From positions 142,539,908-142,603,907 of the forward strand of contig NC_068984.1 of NCBI RefSeq assembly GCF_001194135.2: DNA of 64,000 nt, given 5' to 3'. The notes under the pieces are model-generated. The model searched no databases and was not told the DNA's origin. It saw nothing but the letters and a program-made list of their open reading frames with translations. Shown here in pieces: positions 49,920-63,759 of the stretch. Made by a program: the position numbers and the translations under genes. The stretch is from Octopus bimaculoides (lineage: Eukaryota). Positions within the stretch are counted from its first letter, which is position 1, and every line of letters begins with the position of its first letter.

Positions 49920-50874
49920 TATTTCTTACACTTATTCTACCGCATGTCTCTGTTTCCGTTCATATTCAAACAAGTCGTTCTATCGATAATGAATGAGTCG
50001 CCCAACATTTAGCTCTTCCACATAATAGGAACAACAACGTGATCTCTTACAGATTTCGCTGTTGCTTCCTGTGAAACAAGCCACGTTAAATAAACTTGTA
50101 AACTTGTTACTGTATTTCAAAACCTAGTGAGACGGTCACGGTTGGGTAACTTTTTGTTAATGGATGGAAACAAAAACAACAGCCATAACAATCAATGTTT
50201 CCATCATTAAATTAATCTTATCCTTTTATATTTATTTCACCTTTTGTATTCATTTCCCCTATTAATAACTATCATTACATTGCTCTTCATTGTCGACTCT
50301 CATCTCGACATATTTTATTCTCACAATTATGTTTATCATACTCTTCTATACGTTTTAATAAATAATCTCTCCTCTTTCTATGTCATGTATTATTTTTGTG
50401 TTTTCTTTTTAGCACTATCATTTCTCCAATGTCAAAACAATACTTTCTAATCCTCTTGTTTATCATTTAAAATACATTTTTTAATATGAACTGTATAGTT
50501 CGTGTTTATATTGCTTTTTTTTTTTTTCAATTAATTCTTAATTTGTTTTTCTTCATCATCTCGTTTATTTAAATTATTATTTTACAAATTTTGTTACTCT
50601 TATGGTTGTTGTTGTAACGTCGTTCGTTATTAAACTTAATCAGACTTGATGTCAATATTAATTAATTTTTATGTTGTTATTAAAATTATTCGTTTGTTTT
50701 TAGAAATTGCTATTAATTTATAAATGCGAATTTCCATCGTGTGAAGTTCGCAAATTCTGTATATTTGTAACCTGAAGCATGTGAATCGATTTCGATTTGG
50801 ATTCGAACTTGCTACACTGTCATCATTGACGATCAGGAGTTTAACTCTTGTTAAAGAAAAATTCGTAATCTTCT

Positions 50875-51245
50875 GCTGGCAGAGGAGGGTGAGCCGTCAG
50901 AATCGCTTCCACATCGGAGATAAATGTTAAGCTATATCTCGTCCGTCTTTACTTCTAGAGTTCAAATCCCGCTGATGCCAACTTTGTTTTTCATCCCTTT
51001 CGGGGTCGATAAATAAATACTAGGGCGGCGAGCTGGAAGAATCGTTAGCACGCTGGGTGAAATGCTAAGCGGTATTTCAGCTGCCGTTACGTTCTGAGTT
51101 CAAATTCCGCCGAGGTCGACTTTGCCTTTCATCTTATCGGGGTCGATTTAAAAAGTACCAGTTACGCACTGCGGTCGACGTAATCGACTTAATTCCTTTG
51201 TTTGTCCTCTCTATGTATGGCCCCCTGTGGGCAATAAAGAAATTA
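50875..51245 (+). mobile_element. SINE family A tandem dimer (diverged partial copy, then a well-preserved copy from about 51022)
   Basis: Two successive cores: gagttcaaatcccgctgatgccaactttgtttttcatccc and gagttcaaattccgccgaggtcgactttgcctttcatc. Confidence 0.88.
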
Positions 51246-53119
51246 AAAAAAAAATACCAGTTGAGCACCAAATAGAAAAAATATTCAACCTGACGAGTGT
51301 AACAATCCAAGAAGGTGTGTGGCTTGTGTAACAACGTCGGATTGGATAACTCATTGTATTTGCTCCGGCTCTTCGCATTCTAACATTCAATCACACTATG
51401 GCTTACATGGAAGCTGAAGCTAATCCGTTGCCCGATTTGACTGACTTCAGTCGCCTTCAGAAAAGTCTACTTCGCTGCAAGTATTTGTAACATTTGTAAC
51501 ACTTAAAGGATATCTCAGTCCCTAATTATGACCAATTTTGTAGTAACTGATCATTTACACTGACTTTTAACTTCACTAAATTATAAAAATATAAAGCGAA
51601 AGATTAGCAGAATTGTTTTAGTGGCAGACAGAAGAAAATACCTTTTGGTGCTTATTGCATCCATCTGCTTTCTGAAGTCAAATTCCAGTTGGTCAAGTTG
51701 TTGCCTTGGAATCGATAAAATAAAGTCCCGATCGAGTACAGGGGTTCGTGTTACCAAGTACAGGGGTTCGTGTTATGACCCACTTCCTTCAAAAATACTA
51801 GGTTTTTGCCTAAGTTAGATACAAACAATATTAACAAAACTAACTGGAAACATAGGTACAAAGTAACATAACACAGGATGTGTGTCGTTAGCTAGCTGGA
51901 GAAGATATCTTCCTGGAGCTATAAGCATCAGTAGTACTGTCCTGTAAAGGACGCCACACTTAGTTGGCAAATAAATGTTAAAGTAACGTAACGTTGAGAG
52001 AAGCACGTGATCGATTTAAGAACCCAAGCACATGATTTTTACCGAGTTCGGAAAGTTGAAATGTAAAATAAACCTTAGTATGATTCGAACTCGGTGCATA
52101 GAACCATTCATATAAACCGGCTTGCTGCATTCAAGGCGACCTTGACCCTTCTTCTCCAAAGCTCAGGCTTTGGCTCTATAGTAAATACTTTCTTTACATA
52201 TCTCAGAAAGTGTTTCTTAGACACATATATCAGATGGGGAACACAGTCGCTAATATCAGCCGAATCTAATAACTGGTACTTCGTTTCTCGATTCCAGAAT
52301 GAAGAAAAGTCCCTAAAAGAAGAAGTGAATACAACAGGTTATTTTAACTCCATTCTATCGTTTCTTTCTTAATTTTTACCATAGGGCAAGGCCTTTTTAT
52401 TTTGAAGGGGCGTGCGGTCGTTTATATCCCTTCCTTTGGCCCATCAATTGTATTTATTTTATCAACCACGGAAGAATGAAAGAAAAATTTGAGCTTGGCC
52501 TGATGCAATTTGAAAAATCAACGCGGTATAACTAAACAATGCATGACATCGTGTCAGTGACCTCCCAATTTTACCAAACCACCCCCACCACTACTTTGTG
52601 TAATGTCCTATAGTTTCTGCCAATACACTGCAATAAATTAATAGCAAATGTTTCGAAAAAGACTCAGAGTATAAATCAATATTTAAAATCGATATATCTG
52701 ATATTATAGCATGTCAATATTTTATCCAATGACTAAATATAGGTTACACTACGATTTATATTTTGTGGTAGAATTTAAAAAAACGGATAATACGTTTAAC
52801 TCATTAGAGCATAAATTCTAATTTTCATTCTATAATTAATTACAATTAATTAACTAGTAAAATAAACAGCATGAATGAAAAAGTCATAAAAATGACGAAT
52901 GTAGAAAACTTTAGAATGATGAATATTTAATAAATAATTCGGGGAAACTATTTAAAATTCAATTAAATATTTGGTATTGCAATATCTTTTGACGAGCCTG
53001 CTTTTAGGTCACATTAAATTAAGGTTTCTGTCACGAATATTGAAATAATTCCCTATCAAAATCTATTGGGATCATTTTGATTTACAGTTCCTAGATTTTC
53101 AAACTATCAGGTAAGATCA

Positions 53120-53290
53120 TTTCGCCATCTTGACTTTGGTGGGGCTCTTCATCTCACCCATTGTCTTGATGACCATTCCTTCCCCCTGATTGTTGTACTT
53201 CGGTCGCACAACGTGGTTAGGCCATATATATTTGGTCTCCTTGATAAATCTTATGATGTCGTTGATTCTCGTATGTTGTCAGATCCAGGC
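53120..53290 (-). mobile_element. RTE-clade LINE C-terminal remnant
   Basis: WI*QHTRINDIIRFIKETKYIWPNHVVR followed by EWSSRQWVR*RAPPKSRW resembles WIR..T...DI...K..KW.WAGHV.R...EW.PR..KR..GRP..RW. Confidence 0.6.
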
Positions 53291-53827
53291 GTATAAAACC
53301 ATATGTCGGACGGGAATCAGCGGTAAAGGGCGAATACAATATATCTGATATAAATGTGAATAAACCACGGCTGATTAACCAGTTGCACATTATTTGAAAA
53401 TCAAAGAATCATAGAAGGAATGTCATTCAGTCCAGATTAACAAGGTGTATAACATTTAGAATCCACTAAACCTCTACTCGTCAGTAGGTACAACACATTA
53501 AAAGCGATTTGTATTTGGTTTAGATTGGAGTTATGAATCTCTATCATGTGGCTTAGAGAAAATACCTTAAGACAACTCTCATAACATGTCTTTATCACAA
53601 CGGTAATGCCCAAGTCCTCAGTAGGACCAATATCAGCCACAAGACATATACAGGACATTAACTAATTCAGTTCTATATTTAAGAGATGAAGAATAATATA
53701 CATTATTTACATTATTTACATTTGACGGATATTTGTCCTCATCATGGTGTAATTTGAACTCAGAACTCAGAAAGATGGATGAACTGCTACTAAAAATTTA
53801 GCTCAGCGCAATAATCATTCTTCCGGC

Positions 53828-54050
53828 TTTAGTTATTGGTTTTAGATTTCGTCACACGGCCTACAATTTTGAGGGATCGGGTAAGTGATTTACATCGACC
53901 CCAGTGCGCAGCTGGTACTTATTTCATCAACCCCGAAATGATGAAAAGCAAAGTAGACCTTGATGGATTTTGAACTGAGAGCATAAAGACGGTCGAAAGG
54001 CCGCTAAACATTTAGTCCGGCGTACTAATGAATCTGCCAGCTCACCACCT
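53828..54050 (-). mobile_element. SINE family A
   Basis: catcgaccccagtgcgcagctggtacttatttcatcaaccccgaaatgatgaaaagcaaagtagacc. Confidence 0.85.
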
Positions 54051-54354
54051 CGGTGTGCCGAAATATTGCACAGAGATAGTAATTAGGAAGAAGCTGATGA
54101 AGAAAAGATATGGAATTTACTGTCGATGCCAACTGAAAGTTTTGGAATCTCGTTACTAAGGGAAGCTAAAATAAAATTAGATTTATTCCTCTCAAATGTC
54201 AAACAGCAATTTGACAGCCAATAAAATCAAACCCTACAAATTATATTTGACATTTAATAGTGTTGCTATTGCAGAAAATTCGAAAGCGATAATTTTGTAA
54301 AACTTCTTATTAACCCGGATTGATCCCAGCAAAATTGAATATTTCCAAGTCATG

Positions 54355-54409
<55 letters not shown>

Positions 54410-54867
54410 NNNNNNNNNNNNNNNNNNNNNNNNNNNNNNNNNNNNNNNNNNNNNNNNNNNNNNNNNNNNNNNNNNNNNNNNNNNNNNNNNNNNNNNNNNN
54501 NNNNNNNNNNNNNNNNNNNNNNNNNNNNNNNNNNNNNNNNNNNNNNNNNNNNNNNNNNNNNNNNNNNNNNNNNNNNNNNNNNNNNNNNNNNNNNNNNNNN
54601 NNNNNNNNNNNNNNNNNNNNNNNNNNNNNNNNNNNNNNNNNNNNNNNNNNNNNNNNNNNNNNNNNNNNNNNNNNNNNNNNNNNNNNNNNNNNNNNNNNNN
54701 NNNNNNNNNNNNNNNNNNTGTGTGCGGGTGTGTGTGAGTACCTGTGTGCGGGTGTGTGAGTATATGTGTTGTGTATCTTTGTATGCGTTTGTCTCTGTAT
54801 AGGTAAGTACGCATTGTTTTTACACCTACATACGTGTTATATTGCTTCGTAGTTGAATTAAGTTCAT

Positions 54868-54911
<44 letters not shown>

Positions 54912-55429
54912 TTACCCGTACATAGACGCAGTGCGCTAAATGCGTTGCTACATTTTGCCCAGAAGGTCGTTGGTCGGTCGACTATAATCAGGCTGATTGA
55001 AAACAACCTGTTCACGTCTCCCTCGCTATTACAGAAATTAACATCAAATTGGAAGAATACAAATTTAGAAGCGAGAAATTTGGAAATTCTCATGTTATAT
55101 GTAGAAAACTTTTGAAATGCAGACGGGAAACTAAATTCTTTCTTAACTTGAAGAATTGGGTGAATTCAATGATGGCAGCGCGTCAACATTATTGTAGAAT
55201 TAAATTTAGGTCACGTGAGTCCACAAATATACAAATGCTATGAGTTCTTCAAATTACAAATGTTCTGGAAAGCAATGTATGGGTGAATGTGTTAGGCGTT
55301 GTCTTTGCATCCCTGATTTCAAGGCTCGTGGTTTATCTTATAAATTTCGTTCTTTTTACAGTTTTACAGTCTCCGATCAATCCACAGCACATGAGATAAA
55401 TTGGGAGACGGAAACTGTATAGAAGCCCA

Positions 55430-55570
55430 TGAAGTGAGTTGTACCGCTATTTCAAACGGTACAGCCTTGTCATAGACTATGTCACTCTATTTCCACACGT
55501 GTCTGTGAAATATTCGTCCGCGTGAACATTAATTCAGGCGCTGGTATTTCATTTCAAGCCGAATACTCAT
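55430..55570 (+). mobile_element. SINE family B internal fragment, diverged
   Basis: gtaccgctatttcaaacggtacagccttgtca...cacgtgtctgtg resembles the reverse complement of about 4700-4810. Confidence 0.5.
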
Positions 55571-56442
55571 CGTCGAACGTGGCGGAGGTCCTCATCCAGA
55601 GGAATAAATACAATATGTTTATAGTTTTTGTAAAGAGGGGCGTTAACCATATACTTTAATGTGACATCTCCAGCTCTTCCTAGATAGTGAGCAGGTGTGG
55701 GCGTCGTTTGTCAGATTCGCCCTTCCGCAATTCGTCTCTTTGATTGGGCTGTCCGCCGTGCTTGCCCGAGATACGCGCAGAGCGACAAAACTGTTTTGCA
55801 CTTTCTCGTTCATAGCCCGAACATTGTTGAAGATTGGGTCAAATATCTGCTGTTACGTTTAGAACGAATCAGCCTAACGGCTAAGTCCATTGTGAAGAAC
55901 TTTTCGCCGCCTTGCTTCCGGCAGGAAATTACTGGGAAGTAGTGCTTTCCTCTCTACTCACACCTTCATTTCCAATTGTAACCTGAACAATTTATGTGTG
56001 GGATTTGATCTCAGAACGCAATGAAGTGGGCCCTACCATCAAACCACGTGACGCTTACTGACACATTCTACCATATTCTGCTTCAATTACACATTTGTCT
56101 TTGAAAATCATAAAAACCGATTTATCAAATAATTAGAATGTCTCTATTTTGGAATAGGGGAATAGTCGACTATTATTAATTCCGTACGTGGCAGGTATTT
56201 CATTTTACCGACTCGGATGGATTTGAAACCAGAATTTAAAAAGCATTTTGTCCGATCTCTAACGAATATACCAATTCATATCATATTCCTTCCAGTCCAC
56301 CACAAATTCCTACCAATCAACCCCTGCCAATTCATTGCACATTCTTGCGAGTCCATCACATAATTATTCCCATCGATTATGACTTCCTTAAAATCCATTG
56401 CAGATTCTAACCATTCTCATACAAACGCTTGCTAATCAACCT

Positions 56443-56526
56443 CAGCTTGCTGCCAATTCTCCTCAGATTGCTACCAATTCACGGCAGACTGCTGCCAATT
56501 CACATTAGATTGCTGCTAATCATTGC
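56443..56526. repeat. Degenerate 21-bp minisatellite, 4 units
   Basis: cagcttgctgccaattctcct / cagattgctaccaattcacgg / cagactgctgccaattcacat / tagattgctgctaatcattgc. Confidence 0.85.
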
Positions 56527-56814
56527 TGAACCATGACAATCTACCGCAGATCCTTGCTATAGCACAGTAGACTCCTACTACTTCGATCCAGATTTCAGCT
56601 AATTTACCAAAGATCCTTACCTCTCGATCTATTCCGATGGAAAAAGTGTGTGTACTGGATAGGGAACTATATTGTAAAATAAACCTTATTTGGTCACATT
56701 CCATAAGAATATGAACGTTCAGCCTATGAACGTCTCAGCCGACGCTCGTAGTCTCTGTAGTGAAGCGACACACCTTTTCAGACAAAGAACCTTTTCTACT
56801 CTAGGAACAAGGTC

Positions 56815-56980
56815 CGAACTTTTTGATAGATCCCAGTACGCAACTGGTACTGAATTTATCGACCACGAATGGATGAAAGGCAAAGTCGACCTCGGTGGAA
56901 TTTGAACTCAGAACGTAAAGACAGACGAAACACCGTTAAGCGTTTCGTCCGGCGTGCTAACGTTTCTGCTAGCTCGTCGC
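56815..56980 (-). mobile_element. SINE family A
   Basis: ggatgaaaggcaaagtcgacctcggtggaatttgaactcagaacgtaaagacagacg. Confidence 0.88.
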
Positions 56981-58404
56981 GGTAGACTATATAACATAAT
57001 CCCGTAAAATTCCTACAGTTTTGTGCTAATCATTCGCGAAATTCGAAAAAAAAGAGCACTTACTGTTCATAAAATGTTAACACATTATTATGAATTTATG
57101 TTAGCGATATTCATTTTAATATAACCCCGGGTGGACGGATAATTATATGATTGCCTCCTTTGAGAATCGATCTCAGAAAGGTTTTGTAACTAGATGCTAT
57201 ATATATATATTTTGTCCAAAACATTACCGTTTATATTTATTTTTCTTTTCTGCTACTCAAAATATTGCATTTATCTTACAGAATCATAATAAAAAATGTT
57301 AAAGTACAAAATATTTCTGTTATACATATAAAATAAATATAAATATACATATATAAAATCTTGGTCCAGCGTGAAAAAATAATTTACAGTCAACAATATG
57401 TAATTAATTCTGAGAAAAAATTATTTATTCATATATTTGGATGTTTTTAGCAATGTCTTCAGTATTTTTGCGACACAACGCATTTTTCTATTTATTTATA
57501 TGTACACATTTTTTAAAAAATAATCTGTTTTTTTTTTGTGTTTCTAATTAATATTCCTGGTAGCACAGCAGGAAATTCAGAACACCACGTGATAATTTGG
57601 TTTGACGCCTGAGCTATTGTTCTAGCCCTCTTGCACCCCCCTCCTTCTTATTTTACCTGATTTCAAGAAGCAGATCTAATTAAAACATTCTGTGTGCATG
57701 TACATATGAACTTGTGTGCGCGTGCTTAACACGCATCTGTGTGTGTTTGTAATTTATTTATTTATTCATTTAAAATTTTTTTTCTAAATTTATTTATTAT
57801 TTATATATTTATTTCTTCGTTTATTTATTCCATTTTTTATTTATTTATTATTTATTTATTTATTTTGAATTTGATTTTCCAAAAATGTCTTTTTAAACCT
57901 GACTGTATTTAAGCAGAAACCGATTTCTCAAATTGTCAACTATGGAATTTGGAAAGAATTCTATTTTTTTGTTCTTTATTCATTGTCTTCCTTCAGCATT
58001 TCTCATTTTCTAAATTTATCCATCTTTGTTTTCCCCTCTTCATTTATCAACGAAGGAATCTGGCAGTAGAATTCCTATTTCCATTGTCTTAGCAAATCTC
58101 TTTCCATTGCCACCAGATTCCATATATTTCATTTCCTTCTCCTTCCGAAGAGGCTTCACTAATTAAGTTCGCAGAGGATCGTGGTAGTGGCTGAGTATTC
58201 CAACATTCACATCACGATAATATCATTAGCCACATCTTCCTCTCCTCGTAACCTAATATCTCCCGATCTTAATTAGCTCTTTGTTGTTGATGTTGTTGTT
58301 TATGTGCCTCACCTCACTTCTGAGCCAGCAAACCTATCATTTCGATTTTCAGACACAATATATCTAGGATTACAAAGACGTGTTTCACCATTTGCGAAGA
58401 CACA

Positions 58405-58520
58405 CGGCCTGGTCTAGTGGACAGGGTGAACAATTTATGGTCATAGCATTGTGGATTCAATGCTTGTACTGGGTGACACGCTGTGTTCTTCAGCAAAGCA
58501 TTCCTGTTTACGTGACTCTG
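58405..58520 (+). mobile_element. SINE family B-like tRNA head, diverged
   Basis: ggcctggtctagtggacagggtg...gtggattcaatg...gctgtgttcttcagcaaagca. Confidence 0.5.
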
Positions 58521-58759
58521 CTTAGTACCAGTCGGGTGCTGCTCTCTCTCCTACTCTCCCTCTTCCTCTCTCTCTCTATCTCTGTCTCTCTCTTGTAAAA
58601 ATGAGGAGAAAATGAGAGCAGGCGAAGATGATCAAAATGAATAAAGGATAAAATCATTTGTGGAATTGGCTGACTATGAAGGAGTGGTGCTAGAGCTGTG
58701 CAATCTTGCATGCGTTAAAGTTACCACTTCTTATTAATATCTGCATTGTTTCTTTCCAG

Positions 58760-58797
58760 GTAAATTGACTTCTGACTGTTCAACGAATACTTCAAAT
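58760..58797 (+). CDS. Candidate 38-nt micro-exon, phase 1-0
   Basis: Acceptor gcattgtttctttccag and donor aat|gtaagt. Reads (G)KLTSDCSTNTSN. Confidence 0.25.
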
Positions 58798-58954
58798 GTA
58801 AGTAGTAGCGACTTTTCGTGAAAATGGACAAAATTTGGCATCGTGGCGTTATCAAGTACCTGCACAAAATGGGCTTAGCACCCCCGCCAAACATTGGAGC
58901 TGGCATGCTTGCTACATTTAAAGAATAAGGTTCCAGCTTTACCAACAGCTAAAT

Positions 58955-59357
58955 TTAGGAGGGAGACGGAGAGTCTTCAAGTTGACCCAAGGCATGAGCG
59001 TTCTGCATTTATCATCAGCGAGAAATGTATTGATCGTGTTCACCACATGGTGATAGACGTCAGACGATTAACTATGAATCAAATAGACAATGCTACGAGC
59101 ATATCCTTTACGAGAGGTGAGAATATTTTCCCCAATGAACTTGGGATGACGAAGGTTTCTGCTCGGTGTGTGCTAAGTCTTCTGACGCCTGATAAAAAAA
59201 GTGCACCAGACTGACCACATCACGGGGAAATCTGAAATTCCTTCTGGCAGAGCCAGCTGGCTCTTTTGAACGTTCCCTCACCCAAGATGAGTGTTGGGTT
59301 CATCCCTTTGGGCCAGAGAGAAAGAGACAATCCAATGGAAACATCCCTCCTCACCTG
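58955..59357 (+). mobile_element. Mariner transposase remnant (HTH to first catalytic Asp)
   Basis: FRRETESLQVDPR...IDRVHHMVIDVRRLTMNQI...NELGMTKVSARCV..LLTPD, then RSLTQDECWVHPFGPERKRQS and WKHPSSP. Confidence 0.9.
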
Positions 59358-59574
59358 TTATATGATTCAAAAGGGAAAAGGGGCTGCGCCGTTTTCAAGA
59401 ATTTATCGCTCGCAAAAACATGGAAGTTAAAGTGGGCGCGGTAAGATTTGAACCAAGATAAGAACTGAAGAGAAACAAATCAAATGACGAAACACATTTC
59501 ATTCGCTGCTTCTAAACCACCTAATGTAATGTTTTCGAGTAGCAGTCATATTCACGGGTTCCATATTTCTCCAT

Positions 59575-59965
59575 TCTAAGGCGGTGAGGTGGTAGAATCG
59601 TTACCACGTCAGGAAAATGCTTTTCATCATTTCGGGGTCGATAAAATAAGTACCAGTAGAGCACTGGGGTCGATGTGATCGACTTCTCCCCCTCCCAAAA
59701 CTGCTGGCCTTGTGCGAAATTTTGAAATCGATGTTCCTCCATTCTAAGGCGACGATGACCTGGTAAAATTGTTAGCAACACCAGGTGAAATGATTAGCGG
59801 TATTTCACCCAGCTTTACTTTCTGAGTTCAAATTCTGCTGAGGTCTACATTGTTTTCCATCCTTTTCGGGTGGATAAAACAAGCATCAGCTGACCTCTGA
59901 TCTCGATGCAATCGACGCACCCCCTCCCCCTTCCAAATTTCTGGCCTTCAGCCAAAATTTCAAGC
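59575..59965 (+). mobile_element. SINE family A tandem dimer
   Basis: Two heads, ctaaggcggtgaggtggtagaatcgttac (about 59577) and ctaaggcgacgatgacctggtaaaattgttagc (about 59743), each preceded by tccattct. Confidence 0.82.
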
Positions 59966-60764
59966 GAACATTTCTCCATTCCTTTCGCTTTTCTTCTTTG
60001 TCTTTGTGTACTTCGTTTACTTTTGTTGTTGTTGATGTTCTTTTCCTTCTTCTCCTCGTTGTCTTTCTTCTCATTGTTTTCTTTCTTCCCCCCTCATTCT
60101 CTTCCTCCTCCTCACTTCTTCTCCCAATGTGACAAACGCATTCTATAGGAATATATCGATCTGCTTCATGTAGTTCGGTCTTAAAGGAGAGTTTCGGGTT
60201 AATTCTTGACGTTGTTAGAAGCATTGTATCCATGTTTGTGGTCTGTCAATATTAACAATGGTGTTTTCCAAGAAAAGCTGCGTGTCATCGTGTTATGATG
60301 CCTATTTGGTTTAGTCTCGTAAAAGCCATATTCTTCCAGCATGGAACAATTGCACATGGTTAACTGTAGAATTCTGTCTCCGCTTAAACGAAGAACACCA
60401 TTAAAGCAATACCGAATTTATTCTCAAGGAGAACAACCAATTCTCTTTCTCTATTGCCCTTTTTTTTTTTCTTCATTTAACACCTTCACAATTCTTTATC
60501 TGTCATTCGTTCATGTTCTTTTCCTTCTTTCTTTCTCTCTTTCTTTTCTTTTTCTTTAATTTCTTTCATTCGCTAATTCTTTTCCATTCTTTTACAGCCT
60601 GTTCTTTTCTTTTCTTTCTTTCTTTTCTTCCAACCTGTCCTTCGCTCTTTCAAGATATTCTCACCATTCTTTCGCTTCTCTTCTCTGACAATCCAAAAAT
60701 TCTTCTCCCTTTCGTTCTTTACATTTCTCACTTATTTACATTGCATCATCACCACCATCACCAC

Positions 60765-60887
60765 CACCACCACCAACAACACCACCACCACCACCACCAT
60801 CACCACCACCACCACCACCACCACCACCACCACCACCANNNNNNNNNNCTTCTTCTGCTGCTGCTGCTGCTATTGCAACTAATTCTT

Positions 60888-60919
<32 letters not shown>

Positions 60920-60995
60920 AATCATCATCATCATCATCATCATCATTATCATTATAATCATAATCATCATCATCGTCGTCCTCCTCTTCTTCTTC
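60765..60995. repeat. (CAC)n, (CTG)n and (CAT)n compound microsatellite
   Basis: Directly visible; spans a 10-N gap. Confidence 0.95.
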
Positions 60996-61035
60996 CATCA
61001 TTCCGTTGTGTATTCGTTACAGCTCATTCTTAGCT

Positions 61036-61076
<41 letters not shown>

Positions 61077-61213
61077 CACATATATGCATCCATAGACAAG
61101 CAACCACACATACATGTTCTGTCTGTCTGTCTGCTTCTCCCTCCCCCCTCTCTCTCTGTTTCTATTTCGTATACACACATATTGCTATACATGTGTGCAA
61201 CCTTGACTGTGAT

Positions 61214-61307
<94 letters not shown>

Positions 61308-62062
61308 ATACTGTTGCACACATACATATAGATACACACACGTATGTACATACATACTTAAATACACATACACGTGTGTGGGTTTGCTTGCGTGTGTATA
61401 TGTACGTGCGTGTGTCTGTACATGTGTTCGTGCGTGTGTGTGTGTATGCGTACGTGTGTGTATGTGTGTGTAAGAGTGTTCCCTTTTTCACTTTTGAATC
61501 GCTCTCCCGATTTATAAAACCTGGTTTTCATAGTGAAGTTCACTTTATCTCTCTCTCTCTCTCTCTCTCTCTCAGAAACACACACACACACACACGCACG
61601 CACACACACACACACACTCACACACACACACCCATACCTTCCACACACACAGCGAATTTCCAATATTTGAATATGTACATAAGAGTAGCAACAATAAATA
61701 CAACCGCGTTACCAGCAATTACAAATTTCCCTAATTTTCTTTCATCTCTTTCGATGTCTACCTGTCTGTTTGACAGTCTGCCTGTTTCTTTTACTGTATA
61801 CTCGCCCCTCCCCCCACAAACACTTGCCGTTCTTCCGATAGTTGTAGGACTATGTACATAACAACAACACCAGCAACATCAGAAATATAAACCACGAGAA
61901 GTTTCTCTTCCCACTATTCCGCTATCTCTCCCACTTTTTACCTTTCCCTCTCCTCCTCTCTCTCACTCATACACTCTCTCTCTCTCTCTCTCTTTCCCCC
62001 TCTCCCTCTATATATATATGTATATATATATATGTATATATTTGTATATATATTTATATATG

Positions 62063-62111
<49 letters not shown>

Positions 62112-63759
62112 NNNNNNNNNNNNNNNNNNNNNNNNNNNNNNNNNNNNNNNNNNNNNNNNNNNNNNNNNNNNNNNNNNNNNNNNNNNNNNNNNNNNNNNNN
62201 NNNNNNNNNNNNNNNNNNNNNNNNNNNNNNNNNNNNNNNNNNNNNNNNNNNNNNNNNNNNNNNNNNNNNNNNNNNNNNNNNNNNNNNNNNNNNNNNNNNN
62301 NNNNNNNNNNNNNNNNNNNNNNNNNNNNNNNNNNNNNNNNNNNNNNNNNNNNNNNNNNNNNNNNNNNNNNNNNNNNNNNNNNNNNNNNNNNNNNNNNNTA
62401 TATATATATGTATATATATACGTACACGTATATATGTACATATATATACATATTCACATTAATTAAGTATATATATATATATATATACGCACATAATGAG
62501 TGCAGAAAAATAAAAACATTATCAACAACAACTACAAATTTAAAAAAAAACTGTTCTTGATGAAATTGCCGAAGGTTCCATATTAAAGGGCGACGAGACC
62601 ATAGTGGTCCACATAGCCTGATGTTGTCATAGAGTCAAACTGTTCAAGCACATCCTTTCGAGTTGATCAAAGAACTTCTGTATCGAACAGGCTCATGCAT
62701 TTGGCAAATAATGAATGCTAAGACAACGTAAGGCTTCACTGGTTCTGACTAAACGATTGAGAATTTGGTTTAGAAATCTATCGGAATAAAACAAACGAAA
62801 TGAAAACTAATTTCAAAATTACAAATCCAATTCCCTTTTTTTTTGTTTTTTTTTCTTTTATTTTTTTTACTAAATCATAAATAAATATTGATTTACGTTT
62901 TCTCTTTGGACAGTCTAATCGATATTTCTTTTCGAAAGACACGATATACGGTGGCAGGCAATACTACGTGCTTAAAAGTTTAGCTTCGGAAGCGCATGAG
63001 TTCGGTTTCTATCTCACTACACGACTCTACTTTGGACAAATGTCCGATAATGTTAGATAATGAGAAAAGTAAAACTACCGAGGGACGCCTGCTGCACGAA
63101 AATTTAGCAGTTAATTGAATACTTTCATGCCTGATGCACTAAACCAGGAATCATTAATGAAATAGAATTATATATTTAGTAATGAGAATAATGATTATGA
63201 AAATAATTAATCGAGGTTAAGGATACAAAGGAAGAGAACTCTAAAATAATAATTAGTTTACATAGGGAGTTTATATTTTTTCTGTTATATAACTGTATGA
63301 ATACAGGAGCAGCGCTTTAATGGGTATTCACGAAGAGTTTCAAACAATTTCTGTCAATCAAATTCACTCAAAAGGCTTTGATCGGTTCGAATCGATAGTA
63401 GATATGATAGGCCAGGTTGCATGAAAAATGTCGACAGGAGAAGGATTAGGGAAGCGAAATCCTTTTAGGAGTATATACATATTAATAAGCTGAGGCATTT
63501 CTTTACCTCTGCAGGCAAGTCACTATATTCTATATGATTAAAATAAACGGAGAACTTTGTTCATATTTCCAACCCTCGGCCCCACCTGGTCAAAGACATC
63601 AATGATTAAAGGGATTCCAGTTGTGAAAGTTCCATCTTTGTAGGAATATCTATTTACATTATCTTACGCGTCATTCCATTGATCACAGACGATAGCTTTC
63701 TGGTTTGATGATGATTCGGCTACATTTTGCAGTAGATTTGATAACTACATAGAAATAGC

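Noticed and set aside
51735-51775. 19-bp direct repeat with 22-bp spacing, and similar doublets at 16365-16392 and 47890-47925
   Set aside because: Two- or three-copy local slippage, in part inside decayed SINE sequence.
54918-55243. Open frames on both strands (RRSALNALLHFAQKVV and EINIKLEEYKFRSEKF)
   Set aside because: No recognisable domain and no convincing donor.
56623-56668. Minus-strand candidate exon ending in IDRE with a GTAAGG donor
   Set aside because: The acceptor is weak and the residues before IDRE do not fit the cadherin strand pattern.
60150-60330. Possible RT fragment LTLLEALYPCLWSVNINNG
   Set aside because: Similarity is too weak and the frame is interrupted by several stops.
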